Shown here one piece after another: positions 19,398 to 29,978 of a stretch of 64,000 nt of DNA. A program made the position numbers and the translations under genes. The notes beneath the pieces were generated by a model. It was given only the letters and a program-made list of their open reading frames with translations, was not told where the DNA came from and searched no databases. The stretch is taken from the NCBI GenBank assembly GCA_965221165.1, contig CBDCRP010000002.1, positions 32,001-96,000 on the forward strand, given 5' to 3'. The stretch comes from a bacterium. Its GTDB lineage: Bacteria > UBA8248. Numbering within the stretch: the first letter of the stretch is position 1; every line of letters begins with the position of its first letter.

Positions 19398-20456
19398 CTA
19401 CATCCATGAGAGCGGCGTAGTAGCGTCGCCCCGGAGTCTTCTGGCGGCGTCTTTCGCGAAGTAGGTGAGGATGATGTCAGCACCTGCGCGCTTGATGGAG
19501 GTGAGCATTTCCATGAAGGCGCGCTCGGGGTCGAGCCACCCGTTGCGGCTCGCCGCCGCCAGCATGGCGAACTCGCCCGATACGTTATAGGCGGCGACGG
19601 GCAGGTCCATCATCTCCCGCGCTCTGGCGATGATGTCGAGATAGACGAGCGCGGGCTTCACCATGATGATGTCCGCTCCCTCTTCGATGTCGAAGGCTAT
19701 CTCGCGCATGGCTTCTCGCGCGTTGGCAGGGTCCATCTGGTAGGAACTCCTGTCGCCGAAGGCGGGCGCGCTTTCGGCCGCCTCGCGAAAGGGCCCGTAG
19801 TAGGCGCTCGAGTATTTCACCGAGTAGGCCATGATGGGCGTCTGCGCGAATCCCGCTGCGTCAAGTGCCGTGCGAATCGAACCGACGCGGCCATCCATCA
19901 TGTCCGATGGCGCGATGATGTCGGCCCCCGCCTCCGCGTGACTCACCGCCGTCTTGTCGATGAGTTCGAGCGTCTGGTCGTTCAATATCCTGTCGCCTTC
20001 GATGATGCCGCAATGGCCGTGATCCATGTATTCACAAAGGCAAACGTCCGTCACGACGCACAGGCCGGGATAGGCTTCCTTCAGCGCGCGCACCGCGTTC
20101 TGGACGACGCCGTCTTCCGCGTAGGCCTGGCTCGCGAGGTCGTCCTTGTGATCGGGAATGCCGAACAGGATGACGCCCGGTATGTCGAGAGCGGCGATTT
20201 CCGCGCAATCGGCCACGAGCCGGTCGACGGAGAGCTGGTATTGTCCGGGCATGGAGGAAATTTCCCGCTTTACGTTCTCACCCTCGACCACGAACATCGG
20301 GTAGATGAGATTATCGACCGAGAGCCTCGTCTCGCGCACCATGCGCCGCATGGCGGCCGTCTCCCGCGTGCGCCTCGTGCGATTTTTCACCTCGCTCCCG
20401 AGAGCCGAGAGGGCCGGACTGTCCTTGGTGGTTAGATCATAGGAATCTCGCATCAA
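19398..20456 (-). CDS. hemB: Porphobilinogen synthase (Zn-type)
   Basis: Motifs [32 protein letters not shown] and MVKPA. Confidence 0.97.
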   Translation of the reverse strand: MMRDSYDLTTKDSPALSALGSEVKNRTRRTRETAAMRRMVRETRLSVDNLIYPMFVVEGENVKREISSMPGQYQLSVDRLVADCAEIAALDIPGVILFGIPDHKDDLASQAYAEDGVVQNAVRALKEAYPGLCVVTDVCLCEYMDHGHCGIIEGDRILNDQTLELIDKTAVSHAEAGADIIAPSDMMDGRVGSIRTALDAAGFAQTPIMAYSVKYSSAYYGPFREAAESAPAFGDRSSYQMDPANAREAMREIAFDIEEGADIIMVKPALVYLDIIARAREMMDLPVAAYNVSGEFAMLAAASRNGWLDPERAFMEMLTSIKRAGADIILTYFAKDAARRLRGDATTPLSWM

Positions 20457-20506
20457 TTATAGGTTCCTTTCCCGGAGAAGCCAGAGAGTTAAATTGTCGT
20501 CAGGCA

Positions 20507-21367
20507 TCATGATATTTCATCCTCCATTTTCGGCGTATCGTTCGCCGTCTCCAGTTCCCGATAAAAAGAGACGATGGCTCTCGCCATGCCGGGAATCGTC
20601 GATTCGGCGGCCTCCACATCCGGCGCGACGCCCCATTTGCGCGCCGTGGCGGTGGTCGCAGGCCCGATGGAGGCCACGCGCGCGCGCGACATCCATCCCT
20701 TCGCCCTATCCTCGCCCGCCGCTCTCATGAAGCCATCGAGCGCGGAGGAACTCGTAAACGTCAGCATATCAATTTTTCCGGCCTCAAGCTCTACCCACGC
20801 CTCGCGCAACGCCTCACGCCCCAGAGGGGTCGTCCGGTAGACGGCCACGTCGTCCACGACGGCTCCCATTTCCGCGAGCGCCTTCGGGATGGCGTCGCGC
20901 GCCTCTTTCGCCCGGGGCAGCAAAACGCGCTCCCCCGCCATATCCCGGCCTTTGAACAGCGCGACGACGCCTTCGGCCACATATTTTTCGGCTACCATAT
21001 CGGGCGTTCTCCCCAAATACTCCTCCACTGCGGCGGCCGTGGCGGGTCCGACAGCAACAATCGAAATATCCATGGAAAGTAACTCTGTACCGACTCTCAG
21101 ATTTTCAAGCCTTTTCGCCAAAAACTTGGGTCCGTTCGCGCTCGTGAAAATTATCCACGTATACGAATCGAGCGCGCGAATCGCCGCATCCACCGGCGTC
21201 CAATCCTCTGGTTCCCGTATCTCGATGATCGGCGCGACCCGAACACACGCTCCCAGCTCGGCAAGCATCTCGCCCATGCGTGATGCCCCCTCCTCGGGGC
21301 GGGTGATGAGGATTCTTTTGCCCGTTAGCGGGCGCCCATCCCTGTCCTCGTTTTCGACCTCACTCAT
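20507..21367 (-). CDS. hemD: Uroporphyrinogen-III synthase
   Basis: Motifs PLTGKRILITRP, WIIFTSANG, FTSSS and SIGPAT; operon context. Confidence 0.92.
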   Translation of the reverse strand: MSEVENEDRDGRPLTGKRILITRPEEGASRMGEMLAELGACVRVAPIIEIREPEDWTPVDAAIRALDSYTWIIFTSANGPKFLAKRLENLRVGTELLSMDISIVAVGPATAAAVEEYLGRTPDMVAEKYVAEGVVALFKGRDMAGERVLLPRAKEARDAIPKALAEMGAVVDDVAVYRTTPLGREALREAWVELEAGKIDMLTFTSSSALDGFMRAAGEDRAKGWMSRARVASIGPATTATARKWGVAPDVEAAESTIPGMARAIVSFYRELETANDTPKMEDEIS

Positions 21368-22284
21368 CGCGCGTCTCTCAATATCTCCGCCCCGCCATGG
21401 GCGAGAACGTCCTCGGCCAGATCTTCGCCTAGCTGCATAGAGTCATCCGGCGAGCCCGTGCGTTCTTTCTCCACCATCCGCTCGCCGGCGACGCTTGCGA
21501 GACGCGCTTTTATATGAAATTCGCCCTTGCGTATCTCCGCGAAGACGGCCAGGGGCAGTTGGCATCCGCCCTCCAAACGCGCCATCACGGCGCGCTCGGA
21601 CGTCACGGCCCGTTTCGTCTCCAGGTGATCCAGCCCTTCCATAAGGCGGCGCGTGGCCGCATCATCATCTCTCGTTTCGATAGCAAGCGCGCCCTGTCCT
21701 GGGGCGGGGAGCATGAGTTCGGGTGCGAGCGTTTCCGTCGCCCGCTCCTCGAGCCCCAGACGCTTGAGACCCGCCAGGGCGAGAACAGCGGCCTCGACCT
21801 CCCCCGCCGCCACTTTTTCAAGGCGCGTATCCACGTTTCCGCGCAACTCCACGATTTCCAGATCGCGACGGTAGCGCCTGATCTGTGCGATTCTCCTCAA
21901 GCTGCTCGTGCCGATTCTGCTGCCGGGCACCAGTCCGCGAATCGATTCCCCGCCCCTTGATACCAGGGCGTCCCAAGGTTCCTCCCTTTCAGGGATTGAG
22001 GCGAGGATAAGCCCTTCGGGCAGTTCGCTCGGCAGGTCCTTCAGGCTATGGACGGCGGCGTCGATGTCGCCTCTTAGTAAGGCGTCTTCGATCTCCTTGA
22101 CGAACAAGCCCTTGCCGCCCAGTTCGTGAATCGGGGAGCCGAGCATGGCGTCTCCCCGGGTGCGGACGATGATTTCCTCCACCTCAAGGTCGGGGTTCGA
22201 CGCTTTTAACTGCGCGGCTATGCCGGCCGTCTGCGCGCGCGCCAGCGCGCTGCCCCGCGTGCCGAGGCGAAGCGTGTCATTCAT
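21364..22284 (-). CDS. hemC: Hydroxymethylbilane synthase
   Basis: Motifs GTRGSALARAQ, KGLFVKEIE, VHSLKDLP, LRGNVDTRL and EGGCQLP. Confidence 0.97.
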   Translation of the reverse strand: MNDTLRLGTRGSALARAQTAGIAAQLKASNPDLEVEEIIVRTRGDAMLGSPIHELGGKGLFVKEIEDALLRGDIDAAVHSLKDLPSELPEGLILASIPEREEPWDALVSRGGESIRGLVPGSRIGTSSLRRIAQIRRYRRDLEIVELRGNVDTRLEKVAAGEVEAAVLALAGLKRLGLEERATETLAPELMLPAPGQGALAIETRDDDAATRRLMEGLDHLETKRAVTSERAVMARLEGGCQLPLAVFAEIRKGEFHIKARLASVAGERMVEKERTGSPDDSMQLGEDLAEDVLAHGGAEILRDAR

Positions 22285-22287
22285 TAT

Positions 22288-23598
22288 TCAGTCCGACACA
22301 TTCGGCGGCGGCTCGGGCGGGCCTTCATCGCTCTCGGGCTCCACGCCGAAGAGTTTCTGGACGGATTCGACCGAAATGCCCTCCACGTCTTCTTCCGCCA
22401 TCTGGCGCAGGACGGCGAATGGATGGTGGAGAAGCTTGTTGACCAGCGCCTTCGTCATGGCGTCGAGCGCATCGCGTCCGCCCTCACCCAGTTCAGGCAG
22501 GCGGGGAATGGTTTTTTCGACTTCCGTCCGGCGCATCGACTCCGCAAAGAAACGTATGGCCGCAAAGGTGTGTCTGAGGTCCTCCGCCTTCTGGCGGGCG
22601 AGATAGGTCTGCACCTCGCTTTCTAAGATCGCGCGCGCGTCGCGAGCCACCTCTTCACGGCCACGCAGATTGTCCGCCGCGACGGACTGCAAATCGTCCA
22701 CGTCGTAGAGATAGGCATTTTCCAGATCGTTCACGTCGGGCGCGACGTTTCTCGGCACGGAAATGTCGATGAGGAAAACCGGCGCGTCGCGGCGGCTTTC
22801 GAGAGCAGCGGCGACAGCCGGTTTATCCAGAATAAAACCCTGCGAGGCCGTCGAGGTGATGACGACGTCCGCATCGATGAGCGCTTGCTCGAGATTATCG
22901 AAACTCACGGCGCGCCCCTTGAGTTTTGCGGCCAACTCCTGGGCGCGCACGAGCGTCCTGTTCGTCACGTGGAGGGTGTCGGCCCCGCTCGCTTTGAGGT
23001 GTCTTGCCGCCGCCTCGCCCATTTCGCCCGCGCCCAGCAAGAGCACGTTCTTGCCCGCAAGGGAGCCGAAAATCCTTTTTGCCAAATCTACGGCCACAGA
23101 GCTCACCGACACCGGTGACTCGCCTATCGGAGTCTGCTCGCGAATCTTTTTCGCCACGCGAAACGCGCGGGAGAAGAGGTTCGCGAGCGCCTTTCCTGCG
23201 TGGCCCGAGGCCTGGGCGACCCGGTAGGCCTCTTTCACCTGCCCCAGAATCTGCGGCTCACCCACCACCATGGAATCGAGGCTCGACGCCACGGTGAACA
23301 AATGCCGCGTGGCCTCGGCCTCGCGGTGAACGTAGAGATGGGCGTTTAGCTCCTCCGCGCCGATATCGCGCGATTCGAGGAAAAAGCGATGAATCGCATC
23401 GAGACCCTGCTCGAAGTCCTCGGCCTCGCTGTAGACTTCCACCCTGTTGCACGTCGAGAGGATGAGGCGCTCCTCGAGCCCCTGATAGTTCGCCAGCCGA
23501 TCGAGCCACTCATCCATGTGGCCTTCTGGGAAATAGAGGCGCTCGCGAATGCTGAGCGGCGTGTTGTGATGGCTCACGCCGGCGAGAATGATGGACAT
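22288..23598 (-). CDS. hemA: Glutamyl-tRNA reductase
   Basis: Motifs STCNRVE, LDSMVVGEPQILGQVK, GAGEMG and DISVPRN. Start reassigned to MSIILAG after GGAG. Confidence 0.96.
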   Translation of the reverse strand: MSIILAGVSHHNTPLSIRERLYFPEGHMDEWLDRLANYQGLEERLILSTCNRVEVYSEAEDFEQGLDAIHRFFLESRDIGAEELNAHLYVHREAEATRHLFTVASSLDSMVVGEPQILGQVKEAYRVAQASGHAGKALANLFSRAFRVAKKIREQTPIGESPVSVSSVAVDLAKRIFGSLAGKNVLLLGAGEMGEAAARHLKASGADTLHVTNRTLVRAQELAAKLKGRAVSFDNLEQALIDADVVITSTASQGFILDKPAVAAALESRRDAPVFLIDISVPRNVAPDVNDLENAYLYDVDDLQSVAADNLRGREEVARDARAILESEVQTYLARQKAEDLRHTFAAIRFFAESMRRTEVEKTIPRLPELGEGGRDALDAMTKALVNKLLHHPFAVLRQMAEEDVEGISVESVQKLFGVEPESDEGPPEPPPNVSD

Positions 23599-23609
23599 AT
23601 CCCCCGCTC

Positions 23610-24377
23610 CTAAAAATGGACGACCAGCGCGAGGAGCGCGGCGAAAAAGGCCACCATAGAGAAAACGGCGGAGCGCTTTCCCTTCCAGCTTCTGGTAAGC
23701 CGACAGATGAGCAGGAGGCCATATGCGCCCCAAATGAGTATCAGCGGCCAGGTACGCACCGGGTCGAGGCTCCAGTAGGCGCCGTGGCGCGATTTCGCCC
23801 ACATCGAGCCGAGCAGCAGGCTCGCCGTCAGGAACGCGAAGCCGAAATAGAGAATCTTGTGATTCAGGTCGTCGAGAATATCGAGCGAGGGCAGGCGGTG
23901 CAGCCAGGCGCTCGGTCTTCTGGATTTAAGCTGCTGCGATTGCATAAGATACATGAGCGCCGAGGCGAAGAGCAGAAAAAACGCTCCCCAGCTCAGCAGC
24001 GCGAGAACAGCGTGGCCTTTCAGCAGATAGCCCTGCACGGCACTCGAACCCGCACCCCACACTCCGGGAAATGCGGATGCGTACCCCTCGAGAATAAATG
24101 CCGCGGGCACGGCGAAGCCACCCAGGGCGATGTCGCGATAGCGCGCGTAGACGATCAGGTACATCAGGATAATCACCCACGCCATGCCGCTCAGCCACGG
24201 CCCCCAGCCCTCGGGCGTGCCGGAGGCGAAGCTTACCCCCAGCATGAGGGTATGAAGAGCAAACCCCACGAGCAGCGCGCCGATCCCGTAGAGGACGCCT
24301 GCGGACCTGCCCGTGCAGAGCAGATACAGGTGCGTGAGCGCAGCAACCAGATAGCAGGCGATCAATATGGCGACCAC
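23610..24377 (-). CDS. CcsA/HemX-like cytochrome c assembly family membrane protein
   Basis: Multi-TM protein with RLPSLD.LD and GSMWA....YWSLDP; typical position upstream of hemA. Confidence 0.85.
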   Translation of the reverse strand: MVAILIACYLVAALTHLYLLCTGRSAGVLYGIGALLVGFALHTLMLGVSFASGTPEGWGPWLSGMAWVIILMYLIVYARYRDIALGGFAVPAAFILEGYASAFPGVWGAGSSAVQGYLLKGHAVLALLSWGAFFLLFASALMYLMQSQQLKSRRPSAWLHRLPSLDILDDLNHKILYFGFAFLTASLLLGSMWAKSRHGAYWSLDPVRTWPLILIWGAYGLLLICRLTRSWKGKRSAVFSMVAFFAALLALVVHF

Positions 24378-24627
24378 GGGGTTTTCCCTCCCAGCGCAAT
24401 GCCACGCCTTGCGATTGTGAATACAGCCTTTTCCATCTTCGTCCACAGAAAAGGGCGAAGAAAGTCATTTAGACCACCATTTCGGGCATTTTGCAATAAT
24501 CCGGTGCGCCACCCGCCCCGAGGCGTGGATTTTCTCAGTCGCGAGTTGGCGCGAACGCCCCATTCCCACTATACTTAGGCGCCGAGCCCGTCCGCCCGCA
24601 AACCCCACCTGGGAGGGGCAGCAGACA

Positions 24628-25563
24628 GTGATACCGCTCCCCGACATTCACCCGCCCCTGATCAACGCCAGCGGCATCCTGAGCTATCCGGAAGTTTTCG
24701 TCGCCTTCGAGAATGCGGGCGCGAGCCTGGGCGGCTACGTCACGAAATCGGTCGGCCCCCGGGAGAAACCGGGCAACGACAACCCCGTGCTCGTATACCC
24801 TCCCGAAGGCGCGGTGCTCAACTCCCTCGCCTTGCCGACGCAAAGCGCCGAGGACTGGGAGCGCGATCTCGAAGAGATAAAACTCAAAAAGGCGAAACTC
24901 ATCGTCTCCGTCTATGGGGGGGATTCGCGTGAATTCGCTCAGGTCACGAACCGGATGTCGAGGTTCAGCGACGCCATCGAGGTGAACCTCGGTTGTCCCA
25001 ACAAGGAGCCGGGCGAGCGCACCATCATGGAGAGCATCGGCCAAAACCCTGTCCTCTCCGCCGAGGTCATCGAGCGCGTGCGCGACGAAACGGACAAACC
25101 CGTCATCGCCAAGCTCTCTCCCAACAGCGATTACCTCGCCGTGGCGGATTCATGCCTGGGCGCGGGTGCGGACGCCTTGGGCTGCGGGAACACCCTGGGG
25201 CCGGGCCTGGCGGTGGACATCGAGAGCCGGGCGGCGATTCTCGCAGGTACGACGGGCGGCATCAGCGGGCCTGCGCTCAAACCCATCAACCTGCGCATGA
25301 CGTATGAGGCGTACGTGCGCTTTCGGTGTCCCATCGTCGCATACGGAGGCATCGAAACCTGGGAGGATGCGGTCGAATACATCCTGGCGGGGGCCTGCGT
25401 TCTGGGAATCGGCACCGCCTTCATGCAAAAAAACACGCACGAGGCCGCAGCACTCACCCGGGATATCTGGGAGGGAATTCAAAATTATCTGGGAGGTGAA
25501 CCGATGGCCGCTATCATCGGCGGCGCGCACCAGCCTACGAACGGAGGCGGCTCCCATGCGTAG
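24628..25563 (+). CDS. pyrD: Dihydroorotate dehydrogenase (class 1B catalytic subunit)
   Basis: Motifs NASG, VTKS, EVNLGCPN, KLSPN, NT, GGISGPALKP and GGI. Confidence 0.88.
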   Translation: MIPLPDIHPPLINASGILSYPEVFVAFENAGASLGGYVTKSVGPREKPGNDNPVLVYPPEGAVLNSLALPTQSAEDWERDLEEIKLKKAKLIVSVYGGDSREFAQVTNRMSRFSDAIEVNLGCPNKEPGERTIMESIGQNPVLSAEVIERVRDETDKPVIAKLSPNSDYLAVADSCLGAGADALGCGNTLGPGLAVDIESRAAILAGTTGGISGPALKPINLRMTYEAYVRFRCPIVAYGGIETWEDAVEYILAGACVLGIGTAFMQKNTHEAAALTRDIWEGIQNYLGGEPMAAIIGGAHQPTNGGGSHA

Positions 25564-26281
25564 CGTCTGTAAGGTCGTGGAAAACCGCCGCGAAAGCGCA
25601 TGGACCCACACGATCTTCTTCGATAAGGAAATCGCATCCCAGCCGGGGCAGTTCATGATGGTCTGGCTGCCGCGTTTGGGCGAAAAACCCTTTACCCTCT
25701 CCTACCTGAACGCCGTCACCGTCAAAAAAGCGGGCGCGTTCACAGAAAAGCTGGCCGCGCTCGAACCGGGAGACCAAATAGGGCTTCGCGGCCCGCTTGG
25801 CCAGGGCTACCCCCCCCTTATAAGACCGGCACTGATTGGAGGCGGTGTGGGGATTGCCGAACTGAGGCTGCTCGCCCTCGCTTCCGAAGCGCCTTGTTTC
25901 GTTCTCGGCGGCCGGACGGCGGATGAAATTCTCTATTATGAGGAATTCAAGGAACTCGGCCCCGTCCACGTCGCCACCGAAGACGGATCTTTAGGGCGAA
26001 AAGGTCTGATTACCGAATTGCTGCCCGTCGAGGCGGAAAGCTACGCCGTCTGCGGGCCGGAGCGGATGATGGCCGCTTGCCTGCCTGAACTCCCCGCCGA
26101 GCGAACATATTTCGCCATCGAGCGATACATGAAGTGCGCCGTCGGCCTGTGCGGCCAATGCACCTGCTCGGGCTGGCGTGTCTGTACGGACGGCCCCATT
26201 TTCTCCGCCTCCAGCGTCACGCAGATGGAGGATTTCGGGAAACGCAGGCGCTCCAAGAGCGGGAGATGGGAGAAGGTGTAG
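25556..26281 (+). CDS. pyrK: Dihydroorotate dehydrogenase electron-transfer subunit
   Basis: Motifs PGQFMMVW, RGPLGQG, GGGVG, CGPERMM and ERYMKCAVGLCGQC..RVCTDGP. Confidence 0.9.
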   Translation: MRSVCKVVENRRESAWTHTIFFDKEIASQPGQFMMVWLPRLGEKPFTLSYLNAVTVKKAGAFTEKLAALEPGDQIGLRGPLGQGYPPLIRPALIGGGVGIAELRLLALASEAPCFVLGGRTADEILYYEEFKELGPVHVATEDGSLGRKGLITELLPVEAESYAVCGPERMMAACLPELPAERTYFAIERYMKCAVGLCGQCTCSGWRVCTDGPIFSASSVTQMEDFGKRRRSKSGRWEKV

Positions 26282-26379
26282 AGGTCAAATATATCTTCCC
26301 AAGACGATTCGGCTGTGCTTATAATCAGGCGACCAGAAAGTTTCTTTTCATACATGAGGTTTCAAGCGGAGGACAGGCC

Positions 26380-27141
26380 ATCCAATTCCGTGTTCTGGGC
26401 TGCTCGGGCGGAAAGGCGCCCGGATGCCATTTGACCTCTTTTCTGATCAACGAAGAGTTGTTGCTGGAGGGCGGCTCGGCCGCTTCGGGCCTCACCATCG
26501 AGGAACAGGCCAAGCTCACCGGCGTCCTGGTATCCCACGCGCACCTGGATCATATCGCAGAACTGCCCTACCTGGCCGACAACATCTTCGGTCTGCGGGA
26601 AGATTCGCTGAAAATCATCGGTGCCGGAGACGTGCTCGACCAAATACGCACATCGATTTTCAACAACGCCGTTTGGCCGGATTTTTGCGAGATATGTCAC
26701 CGAGATACGCCGATACTCGATTTCAACGCCATCGAGGAGAATGAAACCCGCTCTTGCAACGGAATCCGGATTACTCCGCACGAGGTGAACCACAAGGGGA
26801 CTACCTTCGGCTTCATTTTCGAGGACGCAGAATGCGCGCTGCTCTACACCAGCGACACGGGTCCCACCGAAGCCATCTGGAGAGGAGCTTCCGATGCAGA
26901 GAACCTGCGCGCCATCATCACCGAGGTGTCGTTTCCGAACAAGATGGAAGAACTCGCGCGCATTTCCAAACACATGACGCCAGCCATGCTCCACGAGGAG
27001 ATGCGGAAAATGCCGCCCGATATTCCCGTCTACATCTTTCACATCAAGGCGCAGTATCATGATGAGACCGAGGCGGAAATCGAGGCGCTGAACGAACCGA
27101 GAATCCAGTTGCTGGAACAAGGGAAGACGTATTTCTTGTAA
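26380..27141 (+). CDS. Class II 3',5'-cyclic nucleotide phosphodiesterase (MBL fold)
   Basis: Motifs FRVLGCSGG, SHAHLDHI, IFNN.VWPDF, SDTGPT, EVSFPN, HMTP and YIFHIK. The apparent start is ATC, 7 nt after GGAGG. Confidence 0.85.
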   Translation: MQFRVLGCSGGKAPGCHLTSFLINEELLLEGGSAASGLTIEEQAKLTGVLVSHAHLDHIAELPYLADNIFGLREDSLKIIGAGDVLDQIRTSIFNNAVWPDFCEICHRDTPILDFNAIEENETRSCNGIRITPHEVNHKGTTFGFIFEDAECALLYTSDTGPTEAIWRGASDAENLRAIITEVSFPNKMEELARISKHMTPAMLHEEMRKMPPDIPVYIFHIKAQYHDETEAEIEALNEPRIQLLEQGKTYFL

Positions 27142-27213
27142 TTTTTATAGCTACCATGCCCGAACGATGTCGGGCGAATTTTGAAAGGCGATGAAGAAGC
27201 GGCGATTCCAGGG

Positions 27214-27522
27214 ATGAGCCGACCATCCGGCAAGTCGTCTCCCGCATACTACCGGAAAAAGATGAGGAGAAGCTTCGTGGAAGACATCGAGGCGCAAAGA
27301 AAATACAGCCGCATAATGGCCGAGCGCATCAGCCAAATTTTGGCCGGGGACATTTCAGGTGTCGATGCGGACATCCGCTACAGCTACCACGACAAGAGCT
27401 TTCGGCTCTGGTGGGGAGAGCGGGGGGACCCGGACACCACGGCCTTCATCACCTTCGAGCAAATGGCCGGGTTGAACGACGAGGAGTTGAGCCAGGTCAT
27501 CCGCTCATCCGTCACCGGCTAG
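27214..27522 (+). CDS. Hypothetical protein
   Basis: Fills the gap between convergent genes with protein-like composition; no recognised motif. Confidence 0.55.
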   Translation: MSRPSGKSSPAYYRKKMRRSFVEDIEAQRKYSRIMAERISQILAGDISGVDADIRYSYHDKSFRLWWGERGDPDTTAFITFEQMAGLNDEELSQVIRSSVTG

Positions 27523-28397
27523 TCGATGTTGGCCAACTCCTTGTAAATCCGGAAGATAGAGCTCCCGTCTTCGTGTTGTCTGCCCTTGCTCCTCTGGGCC
27601 ATGTAGAGATGCTCCAGCAGGCCTCCGAGCGGCACGGGCACGTCGAGGTCCTTTGCGGACCCGATGGCGCATTCCAAATCTTTGAGCACTATCCATATCG
27701 GGCCCGATTCAGGAAAATTGCCGGCCAGCATGTCCTTGCCGCGCACGTCGAGCACGTTGGAACCCGCAGCACCCGAACACAGCGTCTCGAGCATGACGTC
27801 TTCGGGGATTCCCGCCTTGAGACCGAGCGTGAGGCCCTCGCACGCCCCCGCCATGTTGATGAAGAGCACCAGATTCACCACGAGTTTCAACTGGGCGGCC
27901 AGCCCGTTTTCCTCGCTCACGAAAAGCGTCTTCTTGCCGATGGCGTCGAAGGCGGGCTTCGCCTTATCGAATGCGGCCCTGGGACCTGCCGACATGACCA
28001 CGAGATCCTTCACGGCGGCCTGCTTGCCCACGCCGCTCACGGGGCAATCCAGCCAGCTCACGCCCTTTTCGCCCACTTTTTCCGCCATTTCCTTGGAGAA
28101 TTTCGGCGGAACGGTACTCATGTCGGCGATGATGCCACCCGATGAAATTCCCTCCAGAATGCCCCCTTCTCCCGTCACCGCCTCTTCGACGACCTTGTAG
28201 TTCGGCAGTGAGGTCATCACCAGGTCGGTCCCCCGGGCGGCGTCCGCAGGCGAGGACGCCCGGCGCAGGTTTTTCCCCTCGAATTTCTCGTACATCGCAT
28301 CGAGCGGGTCGTAGCCCGCCACTCCCATGCCGGCATCCAGCATGTGGCCCGAAAACGCCCCGCCCATGACGCCCAAACCCACCACTCCCACTCTCAT
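27519..28397 (-). CDS. Beta-hydroxyacid dehydrogenase (3-hydroxyisobutyrate/6PGD family)
   Basis: Motifs GVVGLGVMG, DMST, DCPVSG, KLVVN and KDL. Confidence 0.9.
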   Translation of the reverse strand: MRVGVVGLGVMGGAFSGHMLDAGMGVAGYDPLDAMYEKFEGKNLRRASSPADAARGTDLVMTSLPNYKVVEEAVTGEGGILEGISSGGIIADMSTVPPKFSKEMAEKVGEKGVSWLDCPVSGVGKQAAVKDLVVMSAGPRAAFDKAKPAFDAIGKKTLFVSEENGLAAQLKLVVNLVLFINMAGACEGLTLGLKAGIPEDVMLETLCSGAAGSNVLDVRGKDMLAGNFPESGPIWIVLKDLECAIGSAKDLDVPVPLGGLLEHLYMAQRSKGRQHEDGSSIFRIYKELANID

Positions 28398-28487
28398 GCT
28401 CACGTCTCTCAAGCTCCTCTTGAATGCGGCGGCGAGAGGGTTGTCACCCCACGCCGGCCGGTACCGGATACGAAAAATTTCAGATCA

Positions 28488-29246
28488 TCAGTGAATGATA
28501 TATCCGCCGTCCACCACGAGGTTGTGCCCCTGCACGAAAGAAGCATCCTCAGATGCCAGGAACAAGGCTGCGCTCGCTATCTCGGTCGGCTCGCCGAAAC
28601 GTCCCATCGGCACGGTCCCCAGGCGCTGGGCGCGTTCTTCGGGCGTTTTGTAGGCGTGTTTCTTGAGATATTCCGTAGCCGTAGGCCCCGGGCTGACGGC
28701 GTTCACCAGAATGTTCTCCCCGGCGAGTTCGAGAGCCATGGAGCGAGTGAGCTGGATGAGCGCCGCCTTGGTCGCACTATAGAGGGCGGTCTCACGCGCC
28801 GCTACCGAACCCAACTGGCTCGCGATATGGACAATCCGCCCGCCCCCGGCCTCTCGCATGAGCGGCAGCACGGCCTGGCTCGCGAAAAAAGGGGCGCGCA
28901 GGTTCACGGCGACCACGCGCTCGAAATCCGCGTAAGAGAATGTACCGAAGGGGTGGCTGGCGCGAATGCCTGCGTTGTTTACGAGAATATCGAGACCGCC
29001 CAGAGAGTCCGCGGCGGCATCCACCATTCGCTCGGCGGCTCCTTCACCGGCCAAATCGTAGATGCCGAAAGCGGCCGAGCCTCCGGCGCTCTCGCATTCA
29101 CGCGCAACGCTTTCAAGCTCATCTTGCGTTCCATCGGCGGCCAGGTACAGGCTCGCCCCTTCGGCGGCGAAGCGAAGGGCCACACACTCTCCGATTCCGC
29201 GCGAGGCGCCCGTTACGAGCGCTCTTTTCCCATCCAAACGCCCCAC
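28488..29246 (-). CDS. Short-chain dehydrogenase/reductase
   Basis: Motifs TGASRGIG, NNAG, YSATK and VDGG. Confidence 0.92.
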   Translation of the reverse strand: MGRLDGKRALVTGASRGIGECVALRFAAEGASLYLAADGTQDELESVARECESAGGSAAFGIYDLAGEGAAERMVDAAADSLGGLDILVNNAGIRASHPFGTFSYADFERVVAVNLRAPFFASQAVLPLMREAGGGRIVHIASQLGSVAARETALYSATKAALIQLTRSMALELAGENILVNAVSPGPTATEYLKKHAYKTPEERAQRLGTVPMGRFGEPTEIASAALFLASEDASFVQGHNLVVDGGYIIH

Positions 29247-29336
29247 CTTCGTTTCTCCTCCGGGAAAGTTGCGCTATATTCACCCTCGGCGTGACACCGC
29301 GCGCCGCGAGATCAAGAAAATTAGGAGAATTTCACG

Positions 29337-29939
29337 ATGCCCCGACCGGAAACCTCATTTCAAGAACTCCAGCACGTCGCCGTCAAGGTGTCGGACATCG
29401 AGGAATCCCTCAGATTTTATACCGAGGTTCTCGGCTTCACCCTTTCGGAACGTCACAATCCCGGCGAACACCCGGGGCTCAACGTGGGTCTCTGCTTCCT
29501 GCGATGCAGTGCTTTTCATCACGATTTGAACCTAGTATACCACACCGGCGATCAGCCAGCGCTCGCGGAACTGAAAACCGACGATCAGGGACTCGTCAAG
29601 GACCTGGGGTTGCATCATTTCGCATTTCGGGTAAAAGACCGGGCCGAGTTCTTCGCCTGGAGGGACTGGCTCGAGGAATGCGGTATTAAAATCGTGCGCG
29701 GCCCCCTTGTGCACAGCCCCACCCATCCTGAGGGCGACGGCACCTGGGGAGAGAACAGGGCCATGTACTTTTGCGATCCCGATGGCCACCGAATCGAAAT
29801 TTTTTGCGACCTTGCCCGGATGGATGAAGCCAATGGCATCGAGAAGGAATGGTATGAAAATCGACTCCGCCGGGAGGGAATCGACCCCGCCCCGCATCCG
29901 CCCGTCGGCCCTCACCCGACAGGGGCTCCCGCACGCTGA
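29337..29939 (+). CDS. VOC (glyoxalase/extradiol dioxygenase) family protein
   Basis: Motifs LQHVAVKVSD...FYTEVLG, HH, LHHFAF and YFCDPDGHRIE. Confidence 0.88.
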   Translation: MPRPETSFQELQHVAVKVSDIEESLRFYTEVLGFTLSERHNPGEHPGLNVGLCFLRCSAFHHDLNLVYHTGDQPALAELKTDDQGLVKDLGLHHFAFRVKDRAEFFAWRDWLEECGIKIVRGPLVHSPTHPEGDGTWGENRAMYFCDPDGHRIEIFCDLARMDEANGIEKEWYENRLRREGIDPAPHPPVGPHPTGAPAR

Positions 29940-29978
29940 ACCGCTGAGCGAGGGATGTTTATCCATGGGTGAGACCCC

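Noticed and set aside
24415-24432. Rex operator upstream of the hem operon
   Set aside because: Only one half-site (TTGTGAA) is present.
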